Assembly (NCBI GenBank): GCA_977018835.1
Contig: OZ361261.1
Location: forward strand, 186,001-250,000
DNA: 64,000 nt
From: Minutocellus sp. GHC0000111
Lineage: Eukaryota
Reading direction: 5' to 3'
In this document: in pieces, positions 22,267-35,100 of the stretch
Numbering within the stretch: the first letter of the stretch is position 1
Layout: every line of letters starts with the position of its first letter
Program-made: the position numbers and the translations under genes
Notes under the pieces: generated by a model
What the model was told of the DNA's origin: nothing
Seen by the model: the letters and a program-made list of their open reading frames with translations, nothing else
Databases searched by the model: none

Positions 22267-23681
22267 ATGAGCAATGAGATCACATATGAGTCCATGCGAC
22301 GAGCGGTGGGGGTCAGTCAAGCCGCTGCCGCCGCCGCAGATCCGATAAATCGCATCCTCACAAGTCCTTTCCTTCCGCAAGACGTCAAGGCTCAACTGGG
22401 TGACGAGGCGCTGCGCAAACGAATAGGAGTCCGATGCGACCAACTGCTCCGACAGATGAAGGCAGCGGCTGGCATAAACTTAACTAGACACGACACGAAA
22501 GAAACGCGTTCTGCCATAGTGCTGGAGTTTGTTTTACGAACGGGCCTGCCGGACGAACGCGATGGGCACAGCAGTGTTAGGGCGGTGCCTTTGGGTGTAC
22601 TAGCGAGCCAAGTGGGTGTTAGAAAGGAGTTTGCAGAAGAAACGCAAAGAGCTCTGGTCCACTATTTGAATGACGCTGCAAAAATGGTAGGCCTAGATGG
22701 CCGACGGAAGACAAGGAGCTCTGGGCCTGGTTTCGACACTACGGACGCGTACGCTAGTGGTGGTATCGGCAATGGAATGTCGAACTCAAGGGTCGGAACT
22801 TCTCGGAATGCGGGGATTGAATCGAATGCAGCGGCCATGAAGGCGGCAAGAGATATTGTCGCCCGATCTTTGCAGCAGCCAGAAACTATACGTGATCTAT
22901 CGATCCGTTTAGGTTCCATGGTCGAAGACGCTGATGGGTCGGCGAGGAAGGGGGAGGCACTCTTCGAGACAGTGGTGCATCACATCTTGGATTCGACCGA
23001 TATCATTAAGAGCAGTCGAAAAGCCCTCCTTTCGGATATCGAGAGGAACAAATCATCTTATGAAGCAGCATGCTTCTATCTGTCGGTCAATGATTCAGAG
23101 GGTGCTGGTAGTGGCTCGACGAAGAAGAAGAAGTCGAATAGTGCCAAGGCAGGGACTGGAGATGGAGCGCAGTCGGATGAGGATGAGGAACGAAACTTAA
23201 CTATATCGGACATCATGGATGCTGCCAAGCTTGGCAACAGAAAAAAATTTGAAGATATTGTTCATGAAGTATCGAGAATTGCAGCCAAAATTCGATTGCA
23301 ACGAGAGGCCAATAACGAAGAGGAACGTACGAAGCGTGAGGGGACAGAACTACTGCGTACGAAAAGTGCACAAAAAAGAGGCAACAGGCTGATTCAAAGG
23401 TAACAGAAGAACAAAGACAGATATTGCCGCAAGATATCCTCATGGCCGCAGAAGAGAAAGAATGGAGGAATGATGTTTCTGATGGAACAAATTCTGCATC
23501 AAAGCGGCGATCCAAACGCAGTCTGCCGGCCTTTGTACCAAGTGCAGCATTTGTTGAGTGGAAGAAGCGGACGTTGGACGCTGCGATTGCAAGGGCGAAA
23601 AGCGAAAGTGGAGACGACCAAATGACCAACCAAGAGGCATTGGAGTGGGCTGTGAAGGATATTATATCGCGAAAAGATTAG
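22267..23681 (+). CDS. ORC6-like protein (frameshifted between 23340 and 23400)
   Basis: Helical body with IRDLSIRLG..YEAACFYL; the second frame carries FVEWKKRTL, which resembles the ORC6 C-terminal YEEWKRKIL motif. Confidence 0.55.
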
Positions 23682-23960
23682 TGACTTTTATGGTTGGGTT
23701 ATTCAGCATATATATTACATTTTAATATGCATATGAAAGGCAGCCTCACAGCCTGATGCGTATCACACACCAAAAATATGTAGAAAGAATAGCAAGCAGG
23801 ACGGTATGCGCCGTTGATACCGTTGTTTTAATTAAGCGGTAGAGGCATGGTGACAAACTACTCGACCAATACTCAACAGAATCTAGCAAGCGATGTCGCG
23901 ATGGAAAGCAGATTAAGAATAATTGTTTGGTGTAAGTGGTGTGAGTAGACATCTCGTATT

Positions 23961-24500
23961 ACCCGATGACCGGGAGATCAGAAGCCCTGATGACCGGGGG
24001 AAACGGGATATCAGGGGGTTCGTGTCTGAGATTTGTGACATTTTGTGACCCCTGATCCCTCCCTCAGGTGTGTACATTTCTGGCCCTGATGATTACGAAT
24101 GTTTGCAATGTTCGCCGGAACATTCGGAACATTTTTAATGTTGGTTTATTCCTACGATATCACGGCGCCACTTCCGTCGACCAGTGGACCGCCAGTCATG
24201 CCATTGGTAACGATGCATGATGTCTTCTCCGTATGCGAAGGAACCTTTTTGGATCCTTTTTGGATCCTTTTCTCCAGGAATCACGATGCACACATAATTC
24301 ATATCATAGAGCAACAAGTTCCCCATGAAGCGGCAGTAATAGTAAAATCCTCTTGGCCAGCTTTCTACATGGTTTTGGTGTCGAACAGGAGATCAGGGGC
24401 CCTGATGACCGGGAGAAAAGGGGAGATCAGGGTATCAAAAAGGATCAAAAAATGATCAAAATAGGATCATGAACGGATTATGAACGGATCATGACAGGTT
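23961..24500. repeat. Non-coding element with direct and inverted short repeats (probable non-autonomous TE remnant)
   Basis: About 44-bp imperfect direct repeat GGAGATCAG..GCCCTGATGACCGGG..GGGA.ATCAGGG at 23973-24016 and 24388-24432; inverted CCCCTGATCC near 24050; GATCAAAA/TTTTGGATC and TGAACGGAT repeats. Confidence 0.55.
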
Positions 24501-25090
24501 CTTCTGTTGTTCACCGATTCCAACATAATGAGGTATCAAATAAAAGCTCAAAGAGAGTACGGAACGATCGTGTCAGCGGCGGATGCCGTGCTGCTTGCTA
24601 TCGCAACTCTCAGAGGCAGCAAGATGAGGCTTTTTGGAGATTTGCAATTGCTCCCCAAGAATCACAATGGAGTGCCTCATGTGACATGTGGGTTGTCGTT
24701 ACCGGTCGGCACTGGCTAAAATGCCGGACAGAGAGACACAGACATACAGACCCGAATTTTGGTCCGTTGCACTGATTTTGGCAAAAACATTGTTACCATG
24801 ATGATCAGCCGACAGTGAGAACGGGCATAAAGATACGATGTGGACTATTAGCTAGCTAGTACCCAATTGGTATCTTCCGCTTCCGCTTGCTATGCCCGTG
24901 GGCAAATCCGCTGTGATTGGTCCAGGTAGCCGAAGAGAGAAGGCTCCGGGTGCCTTGTTCGGAGCTCAAAGATGAGGCTTGCTGAGCAACGAGATTTGAG
25001 CTAGATGCATCAATGACGCAAGTTGATAGACAAGGCACGATCAAGATCAAGAGGAAAGAGAGAGCAGAACGACAGGACGAACGAACTCAC

Positions 25091-25415
25091 TCTTCTTGGT
25101 AAAGCAGGAGCTGCATCGACTGAGAAGAGGATATCGAGTATCGCTCGATTCAAAGCAGGAGCTGCATCGACTGAGAAGAGGATATCGAGTATCGCTCGAT
25201 TCAAAAAAATAGATATTGGCTACTACATCTAGCTAGAAGCATTCTCTTCTTGGTAAAGCAGGAGCTGCATCGACTGAGAAGAGGATATCGAGTATCGCTC
25301 GATTCAAAAATCTTCTTGGTAAAGCAGGAGCTGCATCGACTGAGAAGAGGATATCGAGTATCGCTCGATTCAAAAAAATAGATATATTGGCTACTACATC
25401 TAGCTAGAAGCATTC
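25091..25415 (+). repeat. Array of four identical 51-bp units plus two approx. 40-bp linkers
   Basis: AAAGCAGGAGCTGCATCGACTGAGAAGAGGATATCGAGTATCGCTCGATTC at 25101, 25152, 25255 and 25321; linker ATATTGGCTACTACATCTAGCTAGAAGCATTC twice. Confidence 0.95.
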
Positions 25416-25418
25416 ATC

Positions 25419-25885
25419 ATGCCTAGTAACGTTATCTCCCAGTGGAAGTACTACTTCAGCCCCCATCAGGACGATCCTCGCTTTTCCGCGAACTACGCAA
25501 ACAACCTTGTAATGGACAAGCTCAAGGACTTCTTCCCGGATGAACTTACCACGGAGGACTGTGCCAACGAGCTTGTCAAACGGCCCAACCTTCCCATCCT
25601 GTTCGTCGCGAAAAACAACAGGCTCAAGGTCGCCTTTCTGCATCGTATCGTCTTAGAGAACGACGTTGATCCCAACCCAGTACTCGTATCGATTGCCAAC
25701 TCGACGTTTCGGTCTAATGAGAGGAGAGACCCGAAGCACGATGTCAGCGGCAACACGACCTTCCTTCTATCACGCCAATGCCGAGGATACAGAAACCAAG
25801 ACCCAGGTGAGAAACACCAAAAGGCAATCACTGGATCGGTCTTGAGACGAATGCACAGCGATGCCACGACGGAACTTGAATTTTC
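25419..25885 (+). mobile_element. Internally deleted DIRS/Ngaro-like YR retrotransposon remnant
   Basis: The ORF start (putative ORF1 N-terminus) is joined to STFRSNERRDPKHDVSGNTTFLLSRQCRGYRNQDPGEKHQKAITGSVL, which resembles the N-terminal part of DIRS/Ngaro YRs. No catalytic domain follows. Confidence 0.6.
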
Positions 25886-25968
25886 CTTGCCGACCTTGTG
25901 CCTTTTGCCTCCCGTGCGTTCATTCAGCGGCCTCTACTATCGCATCATTATTGACAGAACAGTCAATC

Positions 25969-26793
25969 ATGCCTCGATTCGGAGCACTGCAAGTAATTGC
26001 TGCCAGTATTGTGCTGGCATCGCCCAGCGCTAGCGCGTTTCAGTTCCCGAACATTCCGTTCTTATCAGCCCCAGCGAAATCCATCGCGTCCACGTCGTCT
26101 CCCTCTCTGACTCAGAAGAAGGAAGAACTGTTGTCCCTCGTATCGAACACAGAGAATGGAAAGACGGCTGCCCCACCATTACAAGCCAAGGTCCTGTCGA
26201 TCGTTCGGGAAATTGAGATGCTGCTGCCATTTGGGTCTCTTTCTGATCCCAACGAGGCAAAAGCGCTAGATGGCACGTGGTATTTGCAATATACATCTCC
26301 CTCGCAGCTTGAAGATGAAGAGGGGCTGTTGGACACCTGGACTCCTGTGGATCCTGTCGAGTTTGGCATCGACAAGACGGACAAGGAGATTGAAACGAAA
26401 CAATTCACGGCGAAGGGAACCGTTAGCGCTGTGGGGATCACTGTGGACACATCAAATCGCATTGTCAAACAAATTTTCAACAATGAAGATTCTACCGTTG
26501 CCAATGAAATCAACTTTGAATGGGGGACATTGACGGTTCGAGGTCCATTCAAGCCCAGTGACAAGGTCGATAACAGAGCAATTGTTGCTTTCAAGGAGCT
26601 GCTAATTGAACCGAACAACCTGCCGACGATCAATTTGTCGTTTCTATTCGCGGCAATCAAGAATATCAAAGGAAGCGACGTGGGTGGATGGTTGGAAACA
26701 ACATATTTGAGTGGTGACGATTTGCGAATTGGTCGTGGCAACAAAGGAACGATGTTCGTATTGACTCGAGATCCTAATGCTGTCAAGCCGTAG
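25969..26793 (+). CDS. Plastid lipid-associated protein / fibrillin
   Basis: Signal peptide plus ASAFQF; LDGTWYLQYTS; GWLETTYLSGDDLRIGRGNKGTMFVL. Confidence 0.92.
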   Translation: MPRFGALQVIAASIVLASPSASAFQFPNIPFLSAPAKSIASTSSPSLTQKKEELLSLVSNTENGKTAAPPLQAKVLSIVREIEMLLPFGSLSDPNEAKALDGTWYLQYTSPSQLEDEEGLLDTWTPVDPVEFGIDKTDKEIETKQFTAKGTVSAVGITVDTSNRIVKQIFNNEDSTVANEINFEWGTLTVRGPFKPSDKVDNRAIVAFKELLIEPNNLPTINLSFLFAAIKNIKGSDVGGWLETTYLSGDDLRIGRGNKGTMFVLTRDPNAVKP

Positions 26794-27122
26794 CCAACTG
26801 GAGGTATGCCCGGTTCTTTCTTGTGGCTTTGCTCATCATAAAGTAATTCGATTGAATAATGAAATTAATTCTCAAGCGAAATGCATACTAATAATCTATC
26901 CCTTCGTATTACTTCAATCTTACTTTCTGTGCATTTTCCTGTATGTGTGTATGTATGTATCTATTCTATGTGGTGTGTGTAAATTTCTAGGTTGCTTCTC
27001 TCGAAGCCAGCAAGGCTGATCGGATTCGTATGTATGAATTCAAAATACAGAATACAAAATGTGTGCAGTGCATAATCGAGTACATGAACGACACGAGCAT
27101 CTCTGCTTTGCGAGTGACATCC

Positions 27123-28667
27123 CTACTCGCTGAGCTTGCAGTCATCGGTGGTGACACTTTCAATGGGACTTGTTCGATCCAAACTGGAAACGCTATGCAT
27201 GCTAACGATTGATGGCAAGGTCACTGGTTTCTCATCCTGCTGCTGCTCCGATTGGGGATGATGAGTCCCCATGATCTGCTCGCCGATAATTCCGGATGAC
27301 GAGATAGACCAAGACAACGAACGAATCTTGGTTAACCCTGCGCAAAATTTGAATTGGAATGTAAGGGTAACAATAACCTCTTGAGTCAGTTGATCAATGA
27401 TATCAGCAAGAGCAATGGCAGTATCGTTGACGATTGCTATGCTATCGATGCCAACATTGTACGTGACATTGGGAGCTGGATACTTGGATTTGATCGAGTT
27501 GGCCATGCCCTCATCGAATTTGCATAGTGAAGCAATGTCATTCTCGGTATTCCGTCTGGGGGTGAGGGTGGACACCTCAAAGAGCCACTGGTTCTCGATA
27601 ACCTTGTCGAGCGAGGAAGGTCTGCATACTTCCATGGGATGATTCGTGTCATCGGTGGACGGAGGAGAAAGAGCCCTTGCGAGCATTTCGGTTCGAATGG
27701 CAAAGAACTCTTTGATGCAGGCACGCCGAGCCTGATCGAGCTTCTCTTTTTGCATCAATTCTTGATACTTGGCCTCGATGGTCAATAGCTCGTCGTTCCT
27801 GGCCTTCTTGCGAATCCTGTGGGTATAAAAGTGTTGTTTGATGATACGTGTAAGTCTTGCCATTCGTCTATCAAATGCACGCTTCTATCACAGCGTGAAT
27901 AAAGAATAAATTGAAGATACGAGGATACGCACCTGGTCGTTCGAGCGTGTTCTCTGTTGCGGGTCTTGGTCAGTTCCTTCCTCTCCTCGGCGGTGAGGTT
28001 GTTAGGGTTAGGGTTAAACTAACCCTAACCCTAACCCTAACCGCTTCTTTCCTCTCTGAGGCTTGCTGGTCAGGGCCGCCTTGATCTCCTTCTCACGGAC
28101 CGATGAAGATGTAGGTGATTTCGCCGGAGGAGGAAACACAGCTGCCATGCCCGCAATGGGAAGATGAGAAGGAGGAACAGGAGAATTAATCGTGGAATGG
28201 AGTGCCTTTGCGCCAGGAGAGACCAACACGCCAGAGATGTTTGTGTGTGCTGCACGCGTAGGATGATTGTAGATCGTCACTGCCGAGGTGGGGACGCTGG
28301 TCTCTTTGTGACGGAAATGGCGTGGAGCCAATAAGTGCGACGGTAGCATGGTCGAGGTGGCAGTTTGGAGCATCGGAGTAGGCCTGGATGTACTCGTAAT
28401 GTCTACCCCAGTGATGGGTATGGTGGTTGGGATCTGTAGGTTGGTCATACTACTCGTAGTACTCGTCGTGCCAAGCTGCTGAGCAGTGGTTGGAGTTGGT
28501 ACCGGAAGGACCGGCGTTCCAAAGGCCGACGGTGGGCTGTTCTTGATCTCAAGGAGAGCCTCAAGGGCCGATGCCGTATCCTGGGCAGAGACGGAGGCGA
28601 AGGCGACGGTGGCGGGAGCGGGAGCGGGAGCAGCGGCAGCCGCTCTGATGGGTAGTGGGCTCTGCAT
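27123..28667 (-). pseudogene. bZIP transcription factor disrupted by a telomeric-repeat insert
   Basis: SKPQRGKKR-[insert]-NLTAEERKELTKTRNREHARTT, intron 27817-27932, then RIRKKARNDELL. The insert creates an in-frame TAA. Confidence 0.85.
28001..28042. repeat. Inverted (head-to-head) interstitial telomeric repeat
   Basis: GTTAGGGTTAGGGTTA-AAC-TAACCCTAACCCTAACCCTAACC. Confidence 0.95.
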
Positions 28668-29175
28668 GTGCTACTTTTACTTTCAATTAATTTCTTACTT
28701 CGGAAGGAACAGTTTGTGTTTTAGTTGATTCGATGGATCCGCGTTCGTGCGGGTGAGAATAATTATTGTTCATGTCTGTGCGACCCCGCGAGATGTGAGA
28801 TGGACCAGCCAGACGCTCCTTCGTCGAGCAGGAGCTTCCCGCTTCCCGCATCGATCCGTTGTCGACGTCGCCAGTTTTGGTGGTTCTAAAATTTTCGAAT
28901 GAGGCAGGTGGAACGGCGCTATCCGGGTCCTTTTTTTGCCGATGCCGAGCGATTTTACCGTTGCTCCCAGACGACGATTGATTGACTTGCTTCGTTGCGC
29001 CTTGGAAAGAACAAGTTGTCCTTTCATTATTTCATTCATCTGCTTGCCAAACTACCCGACTTGGTCGGAGCCGGCCCTCTGTGACGCTTCGTCCACGTGG
29101 CTGGCTGGTGGCATTTCTTCCGCCATTTATTTTTGCCACGGAACCAACGACGGAAAAAAATCCTGATCTTGTATC

Positions 29176-32100
29176 ATGACCACACACACCGGCTCGGCAG
29201 ATATCTCCTGCCAGGTTCGGGTGGGGGTGCGCGTCCGTCCTCTAACGTCCACCGAGCTGTCCTCGGGTGGGAATGCCGTCGTCGATGCTCGGCCCATCGA
29301 GCGGACGGTATCCGTCGCCGGTCGCAAGTATACGTACGACGCCGTCATTGACGATCAAATGACACAGACCGATCTGTACCGGACCGTCTCCCCGTCGTTG
29401 CTGGGTTCCTTCCTCGATGGGTACAATGCCACGGTGCGTAGTGCTGTGCGATGGCTGGCATAAGTGATGTTTGGGCGTTGGATTTTGTGCAGGATGATTT
29501 GTTTTCTTTTCCTCTCGTACATGTACTTCTCACATCTGTTCCCATTGTTCGTTCCCCTACTTTTCTTTTTCGATTCGATCATCTATCTATCTGACCTTCC
29601 ATGCACAATCAATCAGATCATGGCATACGGCCAGACTGGATCCGGCAAGACCTATACAATGGGAAGTGAGGCGCATGGCAGCAGCGGGGACATTGCCGAC
29701 GGCGCTGACGGTGATGGCGAAGGAGAAGGCTTGCACATTGGACTGATCCCACGATTCATGGCGGATATGTTTGCCGCCTTGGAGGAACAGAAGCGCCGGG
29801 CGGCCTCCGAGGCGGCAGCTGCGGCCGTATCCCCGTCCAAGAAGGATGGTGATAGGTCGAAGAAGAACGACAAGAGCAGCAGCGGCGGCGGTAGTGGAGA
29901 TGGTTCCTCCTCCTCTGCCAGCAAGCTGGTGCGTTACGACGTATCGGCATCCTTCCTCGAGGTTTACGGTAAGGACGTTCACGACCTCCTCGACGAGGAT
30001 CGCAAGACACTTCCCCTCCGAGAGGATGGGACCGGCAGCGTCAGCGTCGTGGGTCTCAAAACTCGTGCGGTATCCACTGCCTCCGAGGCGCTCAATGTGT
30101 TGCACGTCGGGACGCTCCACCGCACGACGGCCGCCACTTTGATGAATCATCAGAGCAGTCGGTCACATGCAGTCTTCACCGTCCATCTGCAGCAGACCAT
30201 GCGGAATGAGGAATCGGGAGTTGACGTCACCACCTCCTCACGCTTCACCTTTGTGGACCTCGCCGGCAGTGAGCGGATGAAGAAGACGGGTGCCGAGGGT
30301 GAGAGGGCGCGGGAGGGGATCAAGATTAATGAAGGACTATTGGCATTGGGCAACGTCATTAACGCTCTTGCAGATGAAGAGCGATTGGCCAAGGGTGGCA
30401 AGGCCCAGCACGTTCCGTATCGCCAGAGCAAGCTCACCCGTCTATTGCAGGATGCGCTGGGTGGGAATAGTCAAACGCTGTTCCTGGCGTGTGTGTCGCC
30501 CTCGGATGGCAATGCCCCGGAAACGCTGTCGACCTTGCACTACGCCAATCGGGCGCGCAATATCAAGAATGCACCGACGAAGAATGTTGATGCCACCATG
30601 CTGGAGGTCCAGCGCCTCCATGCCCTCACGTACGTGCTTCAAAACGAGCTGGTGAAGCAAATGTTTCAGGACGATGCCTCGGCTTCTTCTCCCAGTGCCT
30701 CGTCGACGTCGAGCTCCTCGTCATCGTCGTCTTCGTCCTCAACCTCTTCAAGAGGTAAATCCAGTCGCATTGGACAGGCCAAGGCTGAACTATTCGAACG
30801 GAAGGAGGTCAAGGAGTACATGGAGAAGATTCGCCGAGCTGCTGAAGAAAAGCAACAAAATTCATCTGGTGGCATGCAGAGCAGCTCATTCTCCTTGGTT
30901 GCTTCGGGTGGTCCCTCGACCAGCAACGTTTCTGCACCTGAGCGCAATGATACTAAGATCGCCTCGAGTTCGATGGCTCTTCCTTTGCCAACATCGCATC
31001 GCCCAAGAGCGGGCTCAAGAGATTTTGCCGTCTCCAACAATATGGGAGGCAGAACAACTACGGGCGAAGTTGGTGAATCGTCGGAACAACTCCTTGATGC
31101 AGCATTCTTGGCCGACGTCGATCCCGACGGTGATATGGCAATCCTTGATCAGTTGATCGAAATACAGCACCAAGATCAAGAATTCGACAAGGCACAAAAG
31201 GAAGATCAGGTCCAGATCGATCAGGTGGAGGGACAAATTGAGGAGCAAGAGGTGTTATTACTCCAGCTGAAGGAGAGTATGAGAGTCTATCACGACATGA
31301 AAGACAAGTACGAGGTCCTGATGGTACGTCGATTATTGCAATATCTCTTACCTCGCGCATACGAATATGTATTGTTTGTGTTTTGCCTCTAATTGCAATG
31401 ATTTCAAGCTCTCACCAAATTACATCTACTCTTGTCAATTTTTCTTCCTCAACAATGAAACAATTAGGGTGAGGTTCAAAGTCTCGAGGCCGAGAAGGTT
31501 TCGTTGGCCCGAGAGCTGGAGAGGGTGCAGGTGGATCCAACCAAGGGATGTTCCATCGCAATTAAGAAGAAGCTTGAAAGGGTCGAGTCCAGCCTCGCTC
31601 GGGCCAGGAGCGAGACGAGGAAGCATCAACAGATGTACCGCAAGGCTGAGGCCGAGGCGCAAAAGTGCCGAGCATTGGAGCGCAAGATCAGTGACTTGAA
31701 ACAGGGCAAGGTGGCGCTGATGAAGAAGCAACGAGAGGCGGCCGCCAGGCATCGGAACTTTATGGATGCCAAGACGAGAGAAATTCATGCGTTGAAGAAG
31801 AAGGAGAGGAAGGTGGGGCAAAAGGTGTCGAAGCTTGAGGCCGAGTGCCACAAGTACAAGACGAATCTCGAAAGAAGAAAGCAGTACTGCGACAAGCTGC
31901 AGGACAAGCTGAAACAGACTGAATCTCATCTCATGTCGCTCCTATCCATGAGAAAACGTGAGCTACAGAAACGTACCAAGTCATTGGCCCCAAGTGGTGG
32001 CCTACCTTATCGTTCGCGAGGCGGCGATGGTGGTGTCGGAGGACGAGGAGGCAATGCAATGACCGATACTGCTAATGTCAACAGCGACAATGGCAGTGAT

Positions 32101-35100
32101 CCATTCGCCGAGAGAACTGAGGAGGTGAAATCAATCAAGTTCCTATTGGAAAAGATGGTGTCCGACAGAGTTGTCTTCTCCCAGAACAAGATGAGATATG
32201 AGCAGAAGGTAGCAGAGTACAGCAATCTCATGAAGATGTTGACGGTCGAGCTGCAAGCTATCAAGACAGCAAGGCAAGATACAAAATCGTCAATGGAAGA
32301 GAGCGGTGATCTTGATGAGCAGAGGATCCAATCTCTTCGCGATCATGAACACAATATCAATGATCTCGAGCTGAAATTAGATCTTGTTGGGGCAGAGCTG
32401 GAAGATCTCCGAGCAAAGCTTCCGCGTGGGGAGCTTGAGGACCGTAATATTGAGGGGGTCGATCCGACCTGTGATAAAGATCTTGTTGGTGGTGAAACCT
32501 CTGGCTTGACCAGGAGCGAAGATTCTGCCACTCGTATGATGTCTAATCTCAGCGCTCCAGTTCTTCGTACCATCCTTTGGGATATGCTTGACGCATTTAC
32601 GAAATCTGAGGTGAGTTCCACTATGTGATAGAGATTTCAGTGGTGAGTTTTTTATCTTTCTGTCATTGCTCTCTAACCGTTCTTTACTTTCTTCTGTTTC
32701 ATTGTCATTTCTATAATATGTTTCCCAGCTTGAACGTCTTTCTCTGGCAGAGATTCTAAAGCGAAAGGAATCAGCCCTTAGAGGATTTGAGGCCGAGGTC
32801 AACTCTCTCAACGACAAGGTGGTTTCTCTATCTAGCGAGATTGGCGAACGAAGAAGAATGTCGGCCGCAAACGGGGAATCCGACGCGCTCGAGCTCATGC
32901 GCCAAAAGGATGATGAGATTAAGCAGCTTCGACAGGAGGTTGAACAATGCACAAGGGCCAAGGATCGTGCTGAGTTATCTGCACGTGAGACGAATGCGAA
33001 GCTTGAGAAGGCACAGGTGGATCTATGCGTCAGCAAGGAAAAATTGACGGTGGCCGAGGTGGCTTTGAAGCGATCGGGAGGTGCAAAAGAGGTCGAGGAA
33101 ACATTAGCCAGCCTTCAAACTATCTGGGGTGAAGTAGGAGTTGCTGTTCAGGATCGAGAAACCTCAAGGATGCAGATCGATAGGTGTCTTGAGAACACAT
33201 GCTCCAGACTACTTGGCGATGCGAATCAAACGCGCAGCCAGACCTTGGTGGATATCGCCCATCAACGCCAACGACTTCTTGGCACCTACCAAGCACTTAG
33301 ACTAGCCGACATGGCTGTCAATTTTGAGGCCTCAATTGCCGTGGGTGCTGCTGATAGTGATACGTCTAATGGCACCTTGATGCAGCGTCTTGGAGCTCTC
33401 AACGAAAAGATGGATCACATCATGCCGACGTATGCTGGTGCTCTCGAGCGCAGATCTACTTTGGCGTCAGAGGCATCTTCCCTCATCAGAGCCTTGCATC
33501 CACTCAACGAGGATAAGATCAGTGATAATATCAAGTCAATGATCAAGTCAAAGCGCGCGGGGGAGAAGCGCCGTCGTGTCCAAATGCCGACAGAATCTAC
33601 ACCCGCAGCCAAGTCCGCAAAGAAACGGCGTGAGGATATGTTCAGGAATGTTGAAGGGATGGTTAGGGCCCTGGAGGGAGAAGACGGCGATGCTATTAGT
33701 GGCGACCCGATGCAGATTGATGGGGACGACCAAAATCATCAGCTCGATAACTTCAAAACGGCATCAGCAGATGAACCTTTGCCTCCAATTGAAGCGCCAA
33801 GGTCTTTGTCTGAGTCATTTTTGGATCAGTGTGAGAATGATATCAAGCAGCTCCGGTTGATGAAGACCGAGCTTCTTGTTTCCAACGGCGATTCGCGGTC
33901 ACAAACGCAGCTTCTCGCCAAAGAGATGCATCTGCGGGCACGAGATGTCGTCTCGTTGGTGGTTCACTCCACAAAGAAGCAGAGGAGAGACTTCCCTTCC
34001 TGGTGGGATCCTAAGATCGTCGATGACGTCTGTCACATCGTTACGAGCAAGGATGCCGTCATCAGAGCAGATGGCTCGTTTACGAAGCATCTCAATTTTG
34101 TCCGTCAGTGTCTGGAAAGTGTTGCATCGGGCCGCCGGGCATTGTCACAAACTCTAAAGAGCGTTGTCGAACGAGCCTACAAGACCCTGTTAACGGCTGT
34201 GGATGGAGAAACATATGCAAGTGAGGCATACGATAGCTTTCACGACGCGCTCTTCCGCCTCCCACCACTATCGAAGGAGCATATTCGGGCTTGTATTGAT
34301 GAAATCGAGACCCTTGTTACTGCCGTCGAGGCAATGTCGCAGTCCGAGATCGAGGCACTCACGGTTGTATGGGACGCTGTTAGCATTACATCCTCCGAGC
34401 GAGGAACCTTTTGGAGCGACGTTGAAGAAGCAGTTGCTTCCGTCCAAGCGCAAGGAGATGGTCCGTTTGGGGACCTATTCAAGACTAGCGGAGCTGATAT
34501 CGAGGACTGGGTGCGTTCGTCGACAGTTGATGCCAAGAAAGTCTATCGTCATCTCAACACGCGTCTCTTTAAGCTGGGTAAGATTCACGAAGAAGTTGAG
34601 TCACAGCGCTCCAAGCAAGATGCAAAGAGCAAGATTATTAGTCTAGACTCCGAAGTTCGTATCCTTTCCGCCAAGCTCAGCGACTTTGAGGAGAAAGCCA
34701 GCAGCAAGCAACGGCTTTTGACTAAGAAGATGAACAGCACAGCGTTGCTCAAGGAAGAGAAATTTCGAAAGCAGATGCAATCGAAATTTGCTGCCAAATT
34801 GGAAGCACTCGGAAGACTCCTGCAGGATTGGGAACAAACCGAAGGCAAAAGCTTTGATGCAAGCCTACTGAGCGATGACGTTCGAACTCTGTTGTCCAAT
34901 CCCGATAAGTCCGGTACCTGGATTGAGCAACGCACTGCCTTTATGCATCTCAGAACAGCCCATCAGAAGCATGGTAGCAGAAGACGGGGCGAGTCGCCTG
35001 CTGCGTTTGATTCTGTTTCATCATCGGACAATGAGCTACCGGGTATGAAACATCTCCAGCGACCAACCTCTTCTTCTCGAGCTAGGTTGGCTGCATCTCC

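Noticed and set aside
25091..25415. CRISPR-like array (hairpin-containing repeats)
   Set aside because: Units are directly adjacent or separated by repeated linkers; there are no unique spacers or cas genes, and the context is eukaryotic.
28001..28042. Telomeric insert removed as a mini-intron
   Set aside because: Every GT..AG choice within the repeats leaves the downstream bZIP sequence out of frame.
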